Shown: positions 23,551 to 32,000 of the stretch, in pieces
Position numbering within the stretch: the first letter of the stretch is position 1
Layout: each line of letters begins with the position of its first letter
From: Psychrobacter sp. DM4
Lineage (GTDB): Bacteria; Pseudomonadota; Gammaproteobacteria; Pseudomonadales; Moraxellaceae
Reading direction: 5' to 3'
Length of the DNA: 32,000 bases
NCBI RefSeq assembly: GCF_051307035.1
Contig: NZ_CP195536.1
Location: forward strand, 1,770,001-1,802,000
Translations under genes and position numbers: made by a program
Notes under the pieces: generated by a model
Databases searched by the model: none
Told to the model about the DNA's origin: nothing
Seen by the model: the letters and a program-made list of their open reading frames with translations, nothing else

Positions 23551-24966
23551 CTAAATAGTACGAGTATGCCCAGAAGCGGCGGGTTTTACTCGTGCCATTA
23601 CAAAGGCTAAGCTGCCAATAACAGATGCTATGATACATAGTATAAGTAGTTTTACATACTTGTGTTCGGCGCCAAAGAGAGGTGTCATAATCGCTATGTA
23701 CCCTCCATTCTCAAGCATATAGACAATACCTGCGATCAAAGCAGACGCAAAACTAACTACGATAGCCCAAGACTTAACTTCCCAACTGGACCAAATACTA
23801 AAGAACACTACGGGCGCCAAAAACAAAGAAGCCGTACCACTAACAGCTACCGCATCAAATAAGTCTTTACTACCCGTTGCTATAAAAGCCAAGCCGACTA
23901 ACAAAAATCCGAGCATGACCAACCTGCCATTATTGACTGTTGGTTTTATAAGTTTCATATCGACTGCCACCAACTTCGCTGCACTCGCATAAGTAGAGTC
24001 CAGCGTCGAGATAGCAGAGACAATGAGCGCAAAACTAAATAGCATCATGACCGCAGGCGAGAATAAAGTGTTGAGCGTTTGCGTGACCTCTTCAGCGCCG
24101 CCCGCATTATTTAGTTGCGCAAACACACCAAGTAATCCAAACAATACGATACACACGATAGAGATAGGAGCGGCGTAATAAAAAGACTTTTTGGTCGTTG
24201 AGCGATCGGCTAGAAACCCGCGATCTGTCATTACAGGGTCATGAGCAGGATAGCTCCATATTTGAATAAAGGCGACTACCAGTAGTATCCAGCCTTTATT
24301 GTCAGCACTATTAGATGAGCTAACAATATCACTAAAAGAAAATAGAGGATGAGAGAACATAGCGACTGATAAGACAGCAATAGCGATAATGGTCAGGAGC
24401 GCCTGTACGACATCTGTCTTGAGCGCAGTATGTAAGCCGCCTATAGAAGAATAGATCAAGGTAGCAACTGCGATAATCAGGATAATGTAAGTTTCATTGA
24501 AACCTACAAACAAAGTCGTAATAAATCCAAATACTAATAAGTTACTAAAAACCTCACTCACTAAGCGAAAACTAATAACTGCATTGTAAAAATGCTCACC
24601 CATTAAGCCGAACTTACTTTGCATAAAGGTTTGCATATTATCAAAACCATGCTTAAAGCGTAGACTGTCAACAATGTGAGCCCCAGTAATAAAGCTAAAG
24701 TAATACATAGCATAAGCTAGAGTACCTGCAATGCCATAAAAAAAGCCTAGTGCCGCCGCATTCATCAAGGAGCGGGCAAAAATCCAAGTCGTCACTTGCG
24801 ATAATACCAAAGTCCAGAGTCCAGGCGCTAACCCTTGGCTTGATTTGCCTTGATAAAAACTTGCCGCATCAGGAGCAAGTACGGGCGTATTTTTTGCTAT
24901 AGAATCAGTCATGTGCTCGATTATCATTGTTGTAGTCACACTAAGATTAGCACACCTTTTTGACAC
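23551..24966 (-). CDS. Sodium:solute symporter (SSS) family-like membrane transporter
   Basis: A polytopic hydrophobic ORF. The motif SIGGLHTALKTDVVQALLTIIAI resembles the SSS GG...TD..Q signature. The start is uncertain: GTG 24966, ATG 24927 or ATG 24912. The stop lies 40 nt upstream of the EEP gene, so the two are probably one operon. Confidence 0.65.
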   Translation of the reverse strand: MSKRCANLSVTTTMIIEHMTDSIAKNTPVLAPDAASFYQGKSSQGLAPGLWTLVLSQVTTWIFARSLMNAAALGFFYGIAGTLAYAMYYFSFITGAHIVDSLRFKHGFDNMQTFMQSKFGLMGEHFYNAVISFRLVSEVFSNLLVFGFITTLFVGFNETYIILIIAVATLIYSSIGGLHTALKTDVVQALLTIIAIAVLSVAMFSHPLFSFSDIVSSSNSADNKGWILLVVAFIQIWSYPAHDPVMTDRGFLADRSTTKKSFYYAAPISIVCIVLFGLLGVFAQLNNAGGAEEVTQTLNTLFSPAVMMLFSFALIVSAISTLDSTYASAAKLVAVDMKLIKPTVNNGRLVMLGFLLVGLAFIATGSKDLFDAVAVSGTASLFLAPVVFFSIWSSWEVKSWAIVVSFASALIAGIVYMLENGGYIAIMTPLFGAEHKYVKLLILCIIASVIGSLAFVMARVKPAASGHTRTI

Positions 24967-25020
24967 TTATTGTTATTGTTAAACGTCACTATTAAAAATT
25001 AACTTGTTATTTTAACAAAT

Positions 25021-25052
25021 AAAAAAGAGCTCTCAAAACATCGTTTGAAAGC
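25021..25052 (-). terminator. Rho-independent terminator after the glycine-zipper gene (minus strand)
   Basis: On the minus strand, GCTTTCAAA pairs with TTTGAGAGC (one G-U pair) and is followed by TCTTTTTT (the plus-strand A-run at 25021-25026). Confidence 0.65.
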
Positions 25053-25106
25053 CCCTATAAAAGTCTAGTAATTTATCAATGTACTTGGTAATGCTACTTA
25101 ATAAAA

Positions 25107-25763
25107 TTATTTGCTAACGCGGTTCCATGCATCACGTGATGCTACTCGTGCTTCATTCCATTGCATACGCGACTCGCCTTTGACTTCATTCCACGACTGC
25201 TCAAGATCGCTTTCGTGATCTTCAAAACGAGCATCTGCTGGGTAACGACCACGGTTGGCGTATCCTACCGCATAGGCTGGATGTGCATCACGGTCAAAGT
25301 CATGACCTTGGGCATGATAGTCTGTATTAGCGAATTCTGCGCGCCAGTAAGCTTCTTCGTGAGTTGGATTGATAGCTTCAGCTGAAGCATGTCCTGCGCC
25401 GCCGCCAGCGATAGCACCAATAGCGCCGCCAATGAGCGTTCCTAGCGGTCCTGCCATAGAACCAATAGCTGCGCCTGCAACTGCGCCGCCAACACCGCCA
25501 ACACCAGTACCGACAGGGTGTGAGCCTGGCTCACCTGTAATCATGTCAGCATTAAGATCTTTTTTGGTCTCTTTTGACATGTGCTTGATTTCGCTACGGT
25601 CGATGTTATCTGGATCATTCATAATGACCTTTTTTTCTGTGACGCCAGCATCTGGCGTTCTTAATTCGTTTTCGGCTCTGATGCGCTCAGCTTCTGTCAA
25701 TTCACGACCATCAGCGGCTACAATCTCGTTATCACCTATAATACGGGCATCATTATTACTCAT
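25107..25763 (-). CDS. Glycine-zipper-containing protein of unknown function (possibly stress-associated)
   Basis: 218-aa ORF with an AAGGA RBS. A central Gly/Ala-rich segment (GTGVGGVGGAVAGAAIGSMAGPLGTLIGGAIGAIAGGGAG) is flanked by charged N- and C-terminal regions with Trp/Arg motifs (YWRAEF..., AWNRVSK). Confidence 0.7.
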   Translation of the reverse strand: MSNNDARIIGDNEIVAADGRELTEAERIRAENELRTPDAGVTEKKVIMNDPDNIDRSEIKHMSKETKKDLNADMITGEPGSHPVGTGVGGVGGAVAGAAIGSMAGPLGTLIGGAIGAIAGGGAGHASAEAINPTHEEAYWRAEFANTDYHAQGHDFDRDAHPAYAVGYANRGRYPADARFEDHESDLEQSWNEVKGESRMQWNEARVASRDAWNRVSK

Positions 25764-25948
25764 AAAATCATCCTTAAATTATTGATTATTGTTTGATTAA
25801 AATTATATTTTTAAGCTCTTAAAACACAAGCTTGCTATTAGTATATGAATTAATCGGCGTTACGCGATAGGCTATCTATGTAAACGGTGTCAAAGTAACG
25901 ATGGTCTTACGTTACAAGATGTATCGCTCTGTCAGTATCTTTGGATCA

Positions 25949-27520
25949 TTAAAAATTAAGTAAGGCTCTACTGATTGCTGTCTGCCATTTGTCCAAATGC
26001 TGCTCTCGCCTCTCATTTGACATTTGCGGTTCAAACCTACGATCTACCTGCCATGATGCACCGATAGTTGATTCATCGTATAGTCCGGTCTTTAGACCCG
26101 CTAACAGCGCAGCGCCTTTGGCAGTAATCTCAACGTCTTTGGGACGCAGCACAGGTACGCCTAATAGATCTGCTTGAAATTGCATGAGTAGATTGTTATT
26201 GGCAGCGCCGCCATCAACCCGTAGCTCTGTCAGTGGATGCGGACTATCCTTTTGCATAGCGACGAGTACATCATAGGTCTGGTAGGCCACAGCTTCTAAT
26301 GCTGCGCGCGCAATATGGGCTTTGGTTGTTCCTCGGCTCATACCTGTGATGCTTGCGCTCACATCCGAGCGCCAATAAGGAGCACCGAGACCTGTAAAAG
26401 CAGGTAGCAAAACGACCTCATCGCTACTGTCTACTTGCCGCGCTAAATCCTCAACGTCGCAGCTTTGTTTGATCATTCCTAAATTATCGCGTAACCACTG
26501 TACGATAGCGCCTGCCATAAACACACTACCCTCCAATGCATAAGTGACCTCTTTTTTGGGTGGCTGTAGCAGTCGCCTACTTGACTGTACTATTTGGTTA
26601 AGGGATAAATTATCAATACGAGTAGCTGTTGGTTTTCGTTGCCAAGCAATAGTCGTCAACAGTTTATGTTCACTGAGCTTGGGGGTTTTACCGATATTCA
26701 TCAGCATAAAGCAGCCAGTACCATAAGTGTTTTTGGCCATGCCAGCGTCCAAACAGCCTTGTCCAAATAGCGCCGCTTGCTGATCTCCCAATACCGCTTG
26801 GATAGGGATTTGCTTGGCAAATAGACCTTTTTTAGTTTTACCAAAATCGCCATCTGAGGCCAAAACTTTAGGTAATATATTCATAGGAATACTAAAGCGC
26901 GTGCACAGCTCTTGCGACCATTCAAGCTTATGAATATCAAAGAGTAGCGTGCGCGAGGCGTTAGTAATATCGATAACATGCTCGCCACCTGTTAGCTGAT
27001 ATATCAGCCAGCTATCTATTGTGCCGACCGCAATTTGACCGCTGCTAGCACGCGCTTTTATATTTGGATGGTGTTCTAGTAGCCAAGATATCTTGCTGGC
27101 ACTAAAGTAAGGATCAAGGCGCAAACCTGTGATGCGCTGAACTTTTTGACTGATATTGTTATCTGAGCTATCGGCTGAGAGTGATTCGCAAAAGGGCGCG
27201 GTGCGTCTATCTTGCCAAATAATAGCAGGCGCAAGTGGCAGGCCGGTTTGCTTGTCCCAAATGACGATAGATTCGCGCTGATTGGTAATAGCGATACCAG
27301 TGACATCGGTGGCGAGCAGTCCTGCTTGGTTAATGACATCATGAGCACAGCTGATCTGCGTTTGCCAAATTTGACGGGCATCTTGCTCAACATAGCCCGC
27401 CTTTGGGGTCTGTAGCGTTGTCGGCTGCTGCGCCATCTCGATTGGACGCGCCTGATCATCATACAATATCGCTCGACTCGACGTGGTGCCTTGATCTAAC
27501 GCCAATATATACCCTGCCAT
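25949..27520 (-). CDS. glpK: Glycerol kinase
   Basis: 523-aa ORF. The N-terminus MAGYILALDQGTTSSRAILYD and the segments YALEGSVFMAGAIVQWLRD, PAFTGLGAPYW and RVDGGAANNNLLMQFQAD are FGGY/GlpK hallmarks. Confidence 0.93.
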   Translation of the reverse strand: MAGYILALDQGTTSSRAILYDDQARPIEMAQQPTTLQTPKAGYVEQDARQIWQTQISCAHDVINQAGLLATDVTGIAITNQRESIVIWDKQTGLPLAPAIIWQDRRTAPFCESLSADSSDNNISQKVQRITGLRLDPYFSASKISWLLEHHPNIKARASSGQIAVGTIDSWLIYQLTGGEHVIDITNASRTLLFDIHKLEWSQELCTRFSIPMNILPKVLASDGDFGKTKKGLFAKQIPIQAVLGDQQAALFGQGCLDAGMAKNTYGTGCFMLMNIGKTPKLSEHKLLTTIAWQRKPTATRIDNLSLNQIVQSSRRLLQPPKKEVTYALEGSVFMAGAIVQWLRDNLGMIKQSCDVEDLARQVDSSDEVVLLPAFTGLGAPYWRSDVSASITGMSRGTTKAHIARAALEAVAYQTYDVLVAMQKDSPHPLTELRVDGGAANNNLLMQFQADLLGVPVLRPKDVEITAKGAALLAGLKTGLYDESTIGASWQVDRRFEPQMSNERREQHLDKWQTAISRALLNF

Positions 27521-27702
27521 GGACTACCCCTAGATGTGTCATAAATTAAATGTATAGCGGTTTGTAGATCTTGTACTGATTAGAGTCATGATAATGCTGA
27601 TACTTACGCCACTACTGTCTATAATATACCCATAACTGTCCAAAGCTGTATAGCTCAAAATCTAAATGACAGCGGTTTGTCGCTCAAAGGTCTCTAACTT
27701 TT

Positions 27703-29367
27703 ATGAAATTTACCATCTCGTCCTTATCTTACGCTATCGCCATAGTTTCACTTATAGGGGTCTCAACATCGACGCTCGCTGACATCGCTACTGATTCTGC
27801 CATCAACTATACCGCACTGCCTGATAACACCACACAAATTGTAGATACAGATGACGCGCGCTATAGCAATACTCATACAAGTATACAAGCGCCCTCTGCT
27901 TTGGCTCAAAACGCAACTCCCAAGCTAAACACCCTAATTGACCCTATCACTCATAAAGCAATTGCCAATAGCTACTCCTTAGAAGTCTCTAGTTTTTTGA
28001 GCTTAGCACAGGCGCAAGACCTTTTATTACAAGTCTCGCCAAAGCTTGCGGCCAATCAGGCAGCAATTGCCTCAAGCGAGTATCAAACCGAGGCGCTGTC
28101 AACCTTAGATAGGCCTTTTGTATTTGCACAGCTCTCAGCGAGTACCTATAAAGTGCAAGAGGATGTTGATTTATCTTCGCTACGCAATGAGATTATCAAT
28201 GGCGTCAACACCGTCGGCAATGATATCAATAGTATGACGCCTGATGTTCCGCCCTCACCTGTATTGCCCAATTTTGGTGAAATGCTCGGCGAGCGTATTC
28301 CAGAGTCTTATGATTTTGAGCGCTCAGGGTCTACCTCAGGCGTAGGTCTTGGCTTTGCTTGGCCCATTTATACCGCTGGACGCACCGATAGTCTGACTGG
28401 CGCATCAAACGCTCGCACTCAAGAGGCGATAGCGGATAGTTTATTGGACAAAAACGAGCTGTATAATACCTTAATTGAGCGCTATTTTAAGGCACAGCTG
28501 GCTATCATCGCCGCTTATCTGCGTGAGGATGCTTATGATACCTTGCAGCAGACCGATTACATGGCCAAGCGTTTGTTTGAAGAAGGCTTTATCTCCCGCG
28601 TTGATCGCTTAGAGGCGCAGTCAGCGCTTGCAGATGCCAAAAGCGAATCTATAAAAGCCAATAACGATGCGCGCTTGGCAATGATTGCCTTGCAACGTCT
28701 GCTACGTACGGAGTATCGTATTAAGCCGACCACCCCTTTATTTGTATCGAGTCGCCCGCTGCCTGATGTGTCCTATTTTCAAGACTTGGCACTCGCGCAG
28801 CATCCTGGACTCCAAAAAGTCGCCGCCAAGCGCGCGCAAGCTCAGCAACTACACGCGCTATCAGATACAGGCTACAAGCCCACGGTTATGCTCTACGGTT
28901 TTAGTCAAGTTGAAAGAGATCCGAGCTGGATTGCAGGGGTATCTGCGAGCTGGAAGCTGTGGGGCGGATTAGATAAAACGGCTTCTCTTGCTTCAAGCAG
29001 CGCCAAAATACGCCAAGCGGATCTCTCAGAGATTGAAGTCAGTGACAATCTGCTGCTATTGGTCGAGAAGAACTGGAACGATGTTAATAATGCTCAAGCG
29101 CGTTATCAAGCACTCCAAAGCAATGTTGATTTGGCAGCGGAAGTACTGCGGTTACGGCGGCTTGGACTCCAAGAAGGCGTGAATACTACTATTGATGTGG
29201 TACAGGCGCAGACGCAAGCGCTCAAAGCACGTACCGAGCAAGCACAAACGGCCAATGATTATGTGCAGGCGCTCGCCGCCTTGATGCAAAGTACGGGTAC
29301 GCCTTTGGCCTTTAATGCCTATCTGAACGCCGCTGATATCAGGCTACCCACTTTGTATACCGAATAA
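27703..29367 (+). CDS. TolC-like outer membrane efflux protein (OEP family)
   Basis: 554-aa ORF. Signal peptide ends ...GVSTSTLA|DIAT. The sequence LSLAQAQDLLLQVSPKLAANQAAIASSEYQ and duplicated coiled-coil halves fit the OEP family. It is the first gene of an operon with HlyD and ABC-2 genes. Confidence 0.8.
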   Translation: MKFTISSLSYAIAIVSLIGVSTSTLADIATDSAINYTALPDNTTQIVDTDDARYSNTHTSIQAPSALAQNATPKLNTLIDPITHKAIANSYSLEVSSFLSLAQAQDLLLQVSPKLAANQAAIASSEYQTEALSTLDRPFVFAQLSASTYKVQEDVDLSSLRNEIINGVNTVGNDINSMTPDVPPSPVLPNFGEMLGERIPESYDFERSGSTSGVGLGFAWPIYTAGRTDSLTGASNARTQEAIADSLLDKNELYNTLIERYFKAQLAIIAAYLREDAYDTLQQTDYMAKRLFEEGFISRVDRLEAQSALADAKSESIKANNDARLAMIALQRLLRTEYRIKPTTPLFVSSRPLPDVSYFQDLALAQHPGLQKVAAKRAQAQQLHALSDTGYKPTVMLYGFSQVERDPSWIAGVSASWKLWGGLDKTASLASSSAKIRQADLSEIEVSDNLLLLVEKNWNDVNNAQARYQALQSNVDLAAEVLRLRRLGLQEGVNTTIDVVQAQTQALKARTEQAQTANDYVQALAALMQSTGTPLAFNAYLNAADIRLPTLYTE

Positions 29368-29368
29368 C

Positions 29369-30322
29369 TTGTCGCGAGCAAATGATAATATTAAGTTGCA
29401 ACAAGCTATTGCTAGGCACTACTCTACTACCAACAAAAATGTGAATAACTCCTCTATGAAAAATTTGACGAGCAAGATAACAGACGCCGCGCAGCCTATA
29501 CTCCAAACCTGGCGTATAACGAACACCTCTACGGTTTGGGCGCACTGCGCAAGCGTAGGGTTTTTTGGTTTTTTGTCTATATTCCCTGTGATGGCGGTGT
29601 TTGTACTGATTTATGGTCTGCTATTCTCGCCTGTAGAGATGCAAGAGCAAATTGCACTGCTTCAGGCTTATATACCTGAATCTGTTTATGAGGTCTTAAA
29701 CAGCCGCTTGACTGATCTGACGTCTAATAGCACCTCACGCTTGACTTACAGCCTACTTCTCTCAAGCGCGTTGGCTCTATATGCAGGCTCCAAAGGCATC
29801 AAATATTTAATTATCCTTATTAATTTAGCCTTTCATATCAATGAGGAGCGCGGATTTATACAGAGCACTATCCGATCATTAGCCTTAACCTTGGCAGCTG
29901 TCGTGGTAGTGATAGCTGCGATCTCATCCATCGCTATTATTCCTCTAGGAGCTACATATTTTCCTCTGCCACAAATTGGTGAGACTATTGCGCTTTGGAG
30001 CAGATGGCCTGTATTGGCCATTATTATATTTTTAACCTTTTTAACCCTGTACCGTTTTGCGCCCAATCGCGATGCTGTTGCGCTAAAAAAACTGATACCA
30101 GGAGCTGTACTTGCGAGCGTACTTTGGATTTTGCTGTCTGTACTATTCTCCATCTATGTACAGAATTTCAATAACTATAGTGCTGAGTTTGGAGCGCTGT
30201 CAGCGGCGGTAGTCATCATGTTATGGCTTTATTACTCAGCGTTTATTGTCGCCTTTGGTGCTACCTTTAATTACGAGAGTATCAATGCCTCAAAAGCGCC
30301 TGCTATTCGCGTTTATCCTTAA
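29369..30322 (+). CDS. YihY/BrkB family inner membrane protein
   Basis: Polytopic ORF. The C-terminal signature RFAPNRDAVALKKLIPGAVLASVLWILLSVLFSIYVQNFNNYSAEFGALSAAVVIMLWLYYSAFIVAFGA is typical of YihY/BrkB. The start is uncertain: TTG 29369 (1 nt after the TolC-like stop) or ATG 29456. Confidence 0.75.
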   Translation: MSRANDNIKLQQAIARHYSTTNKNVNNSSMKNLTSKITDAAQPILQTWRITNTSTVWAHCASVGFFGFLSIFPVMAVFVLIYGLLFSPVEMQEQIALLQAYIPESVYEVLNSRLTDLTSNSTSRLTYSLLLSSALALYAGSKGIKYLIILINLAFHINEERGFIQSTIRSLALTLAAVVVVIAAISSIAIIPLGATYFPLPQIGETIALWSRWPVLAIIIFLTFLTLYRFAPNRDAVALKKLIPGAVLASVLWILLSVLFSIYVQNFNNYSAEFGALSAAVVIMLWLYYSAFIVAFGATFNYESINASKAPAIRVYP

Positions 30323-30357
30323 CCTGTTTTTTTTATTGCCTCAGGAACCTTGCTGTC

Positions 30358-31521
30358 ATGACTGACCATCAAAAAGACGCTGACGATTTAACGCCAGTAG
30401 ACCCCAACCTTAATGAGCAGGCGCCTACGGACCATTCCGACTTAGAGTCTACGCCTGCCAGCTATCAGCGTAGCACAGCATCTGACAAGCCATCTTCAGT
30501 GATCAAAAAAGTCATCATTGCTCTAGTGATCCTCGGTGTATTGGGTCTGATTGCTTATGGTGTGCTCAAAAGCAGTCAGTCAAGTGCGCCTGAAACCATT
30601 ACTTTGCAAGGACAGATGCAAATGCGTCAAACGTCGATTGCAGCTAAAGTCCCCGGACGCATTGCCAAGATACTGGTAACCGAAGGCGATATGGTCCAAG
30701 TAGGACAGCAGCTCATAGAGATGGACTCGCCTGAGATCAACGCCAAGATCAATCAAGCGCGCGCAGGCAAGCAAGCGGCGCAAAGTCAGTTAGATAAAGC
30801 GGAAAACGGCGCACGCCCGCAAGAAATTGCGCAAGCAAAAGCGGCCTGGCAGGCGAACAAGGCGGCATCTGATCTAGCACAAAACACGTATCAGCGTGTT
30901 AATCGCCTCTATGAAGAGGGACTAATGGCACGGCAAAAACGCGATGAGGCGTACGCGCAGTATCTTGCTACCCAAGATCAAACCGAAGCGGCGCGCTTGC
31001 AATACGAGCTGGCTATGGAGGGCGCACGCAGCGAAGACAAATCAGCGGCGGCGGCGCAAGTGGCGCAAGTGGACGCGCAATTAGAAGAGGCTTTGGTCGC
31101 CCGCAAGGAAGCCAATTTAAAGAGTCCTATCGCAGGAGTCGTCGATACCGTCATCGTTAATGCAGGCGAGGTCATCGGTCAAGGCGTACCGCTACTCACC
31201 TTAGTTAATACTGATGATCAATGGGTCGTCATAAATGTCACCGAAACGCATCTTAATCAATTTGCTATTGGTCAGCAGTTTACGGGTACCATTCCAGCGC
31301 TATCCTCAGCCGCTAACCCATTTAACAAGCAATTTACGGTCTATGCCAGCTCTAGTTTGTCTGACTTTGCTACTTGGCGACCCACCAATAATGACGATGG
31401 GTTTGATGTGCGCACCTTTGAGATTAAAGCTCGTCCTGTGACTCCTGATGCGCGCATTCGCTCTGGCATGAGCGTTATTGTCACTATTGATCCCTCACTC
31501 GTTAACGGAAGCCAAGAGTAA
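30358..31521 (+). CDS. HlyD-family membrane fusion protein (YbhG/YhiI-like)
   Basis: 387-aa ORF. One N-terminal TM helix (VIIALVILGVLGLIAYGVL) is followed by a lipoyl-like motif, a long coiled coil (ARPQEIAQAKAAW...ARSEDKSAAAAQVAQVDAQLEEA) and NLKSPIAGVVDTV. Confidence 0.85.
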   Translation: MTDHQKDADDLTPVDPNLNEQAPTDHSDLESTPASYQRSTASDKPSSVIKKVIIALVILGVLGLIAYGVLKSSQSSAPETITLQGQMQMRQTSIAAKVPGRIAKILVTEGDMVQVGQQLIEMDSPEINAKINQARAGKQAAQSQLDKAENGARPQEIAQAKAAWQANKAASDLAQNTYQRVNRLYEEGLMARQKRDEAYAQYLATQDQTEAARLQYELAMEGARSEDKSAAAAQVAQVDAQLEEALVARKEANLKSPIAGVVDTVIVNAGEVIGQGVPLLTLVNTDDQWVVINVTETHLNQFAIGQQFTGTIPALSSAANPFNKQFTVYASSSLSDFATWRPTNNDDGFDVRTFEIKARPVTPDARIRSGMSVIVTIDPSLVNGSQE

Positions 31522-31524
31522 GCC

Positions 31525-32000
31525 ATGTTTTTGACCAAGCTTGCCAGAGCATTTATGCGTAGCGCCGCCTACGAGCGGCTGTTTTTGCTCAAAAACCCTT
31601 GGGATTTGGCAATGGTGCTGTGGATACCGCTGGCAACTATCCTACTGGTATGGTGGATATTTTCGCAGACGCAGATCACAGACTTGCCTATTGGCGTTAT
31701 GGACAACGATCGCGGACCTGTAGCCAATACCGCAATACGTTATTTGGATGCCAGTCCTAGTCTGACAGTCAAACAGCTTTATCATACAAAATTTGAGGCT
31801 GAGGCGGCTATTTTGCAGCGTGATATCTATGCCTTGGTTGTTATTCCAGAGAACTTCTCAAACCGTATCAACTCAAGCCAGCCTGCGCCTATTGTCTTGC
31901 AAGTCAATGCTCAATACGGCACGCACTCAGGTATCATCCAGACCAGTGTACAAGGGGTCATCGGTACGTTATCAGCAGGCGTTGAGATACAGCGTCTCAT
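31525..32000 (+). CDS. ABC-2 type transporter permease (YhhJ/YbhS-like), 5' part; runs off the right window edge
   Basis: Absent from the ORF track because it is open-ended. ATG 31525 lies 3 nt after the HlyD stop. The frame reads MFLTKLARAFMRSAAYERLFLLKNPWDLAMVLWIPLATILLVWWIFS...IGVMDNDRGPVA...IYALVVIPENFS, the typical N-terminal TM helix plus periplasmic loop of ABC-2 permeases. Confidence 0.7.
   Translation, partial: MFLTKLARAFMRSAAYERLFLLKNPWDLAMVLWIPLATILLVWWIFSQTQITDLPIGVMDNDRGPVANTAIRYLDASPSLTVKQLYHTKFEAEAAILQRDIYALVVIPENFSNRINSSQPAPIVLQVNAQYGTHSGIIQTSVQGVIGTLSAGVEIQRL

Noticed and set aside
25161-25785. Plus-strand ORFs 25161-25385 and 25369-25785 (Ala/Pro-rich, 138 aa).
   Set aside because: They are antisense shadows of the Gly/Ala-rich glycine-zipper gene. 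GGN/GCN codons read as NCC/NGC on the other strand, giving a stop-poor Pro/Ala-rich frame. They have no RBS.
27703-32000. The TolC-like/HlyD/ABC genes as a T1SS that exports the A to D proteins.
   Set aside because: The transporter is of the ABC-2/YbhG efflux type and lies 6 kb away, separated by five unrelated minus-strand genes. All the fibre proteins carry N-terminal Sec signals and lack RTX or C-terminal T1SS signals.

Overview
Chromosomal window from a gammaproteobacterium. The protein sequences look Moraxellaceae/Psychrobacter-like, but I cannot verify that here. Left edge: pyruvate dehydrogenase genes aceE and aceF on the minus strand. Right third: TetR regulator, EEP-family hydrolase, SSS-family transporter, glycine-zipper protein and glpK (all minus strand), then a plus-strand TolC-like/YihY/HlyD/ABC-2 efflux operon that runs off the right edge. 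The centre (4544-21409) is a plus-strand, eight-gene locus, and every product carries a signal peptide. It encodes two ~690-aa paralogues (A1, A2) and two tandem modules of a 154-aa single-domain protein plus a ~680-aa multi-DUF11 protein (B1-C1, B2-C2). It also encodes a 1767-aa protein with an Ig-like N-terminal half and a very large predicted C-terminal beta-barrel (D), and a 319-aa helical secreted protein (E). A, B, C and the N-terminal half of D are Thr/Asn/Ser/Asp-rich Ig-like repeat proteins (DUF11-type, SpaA/prealbumin-like, SdrD-B-like). No chaperone, usher, sortase, POTRA protein, secretin or dedicated T1SS is present. The main lead is a split-domain pattern. The C-terminal domains of A, B and C all stop just before the last two strands seen in the locus's internal complete DUF11 domains, and C1, C2 and D begin with exactly that orphan hairpin. 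This suggests a donor-strand-like surface fibre anchored by D. Three transcription units in the locus also share a promoter architecture with 21-bp-phased direct repeats. All domain calls, alignments and identities were done by eye, with no searches or computations. No tRNA, rRNA, CRISPR array or mobile-element gene was seen.
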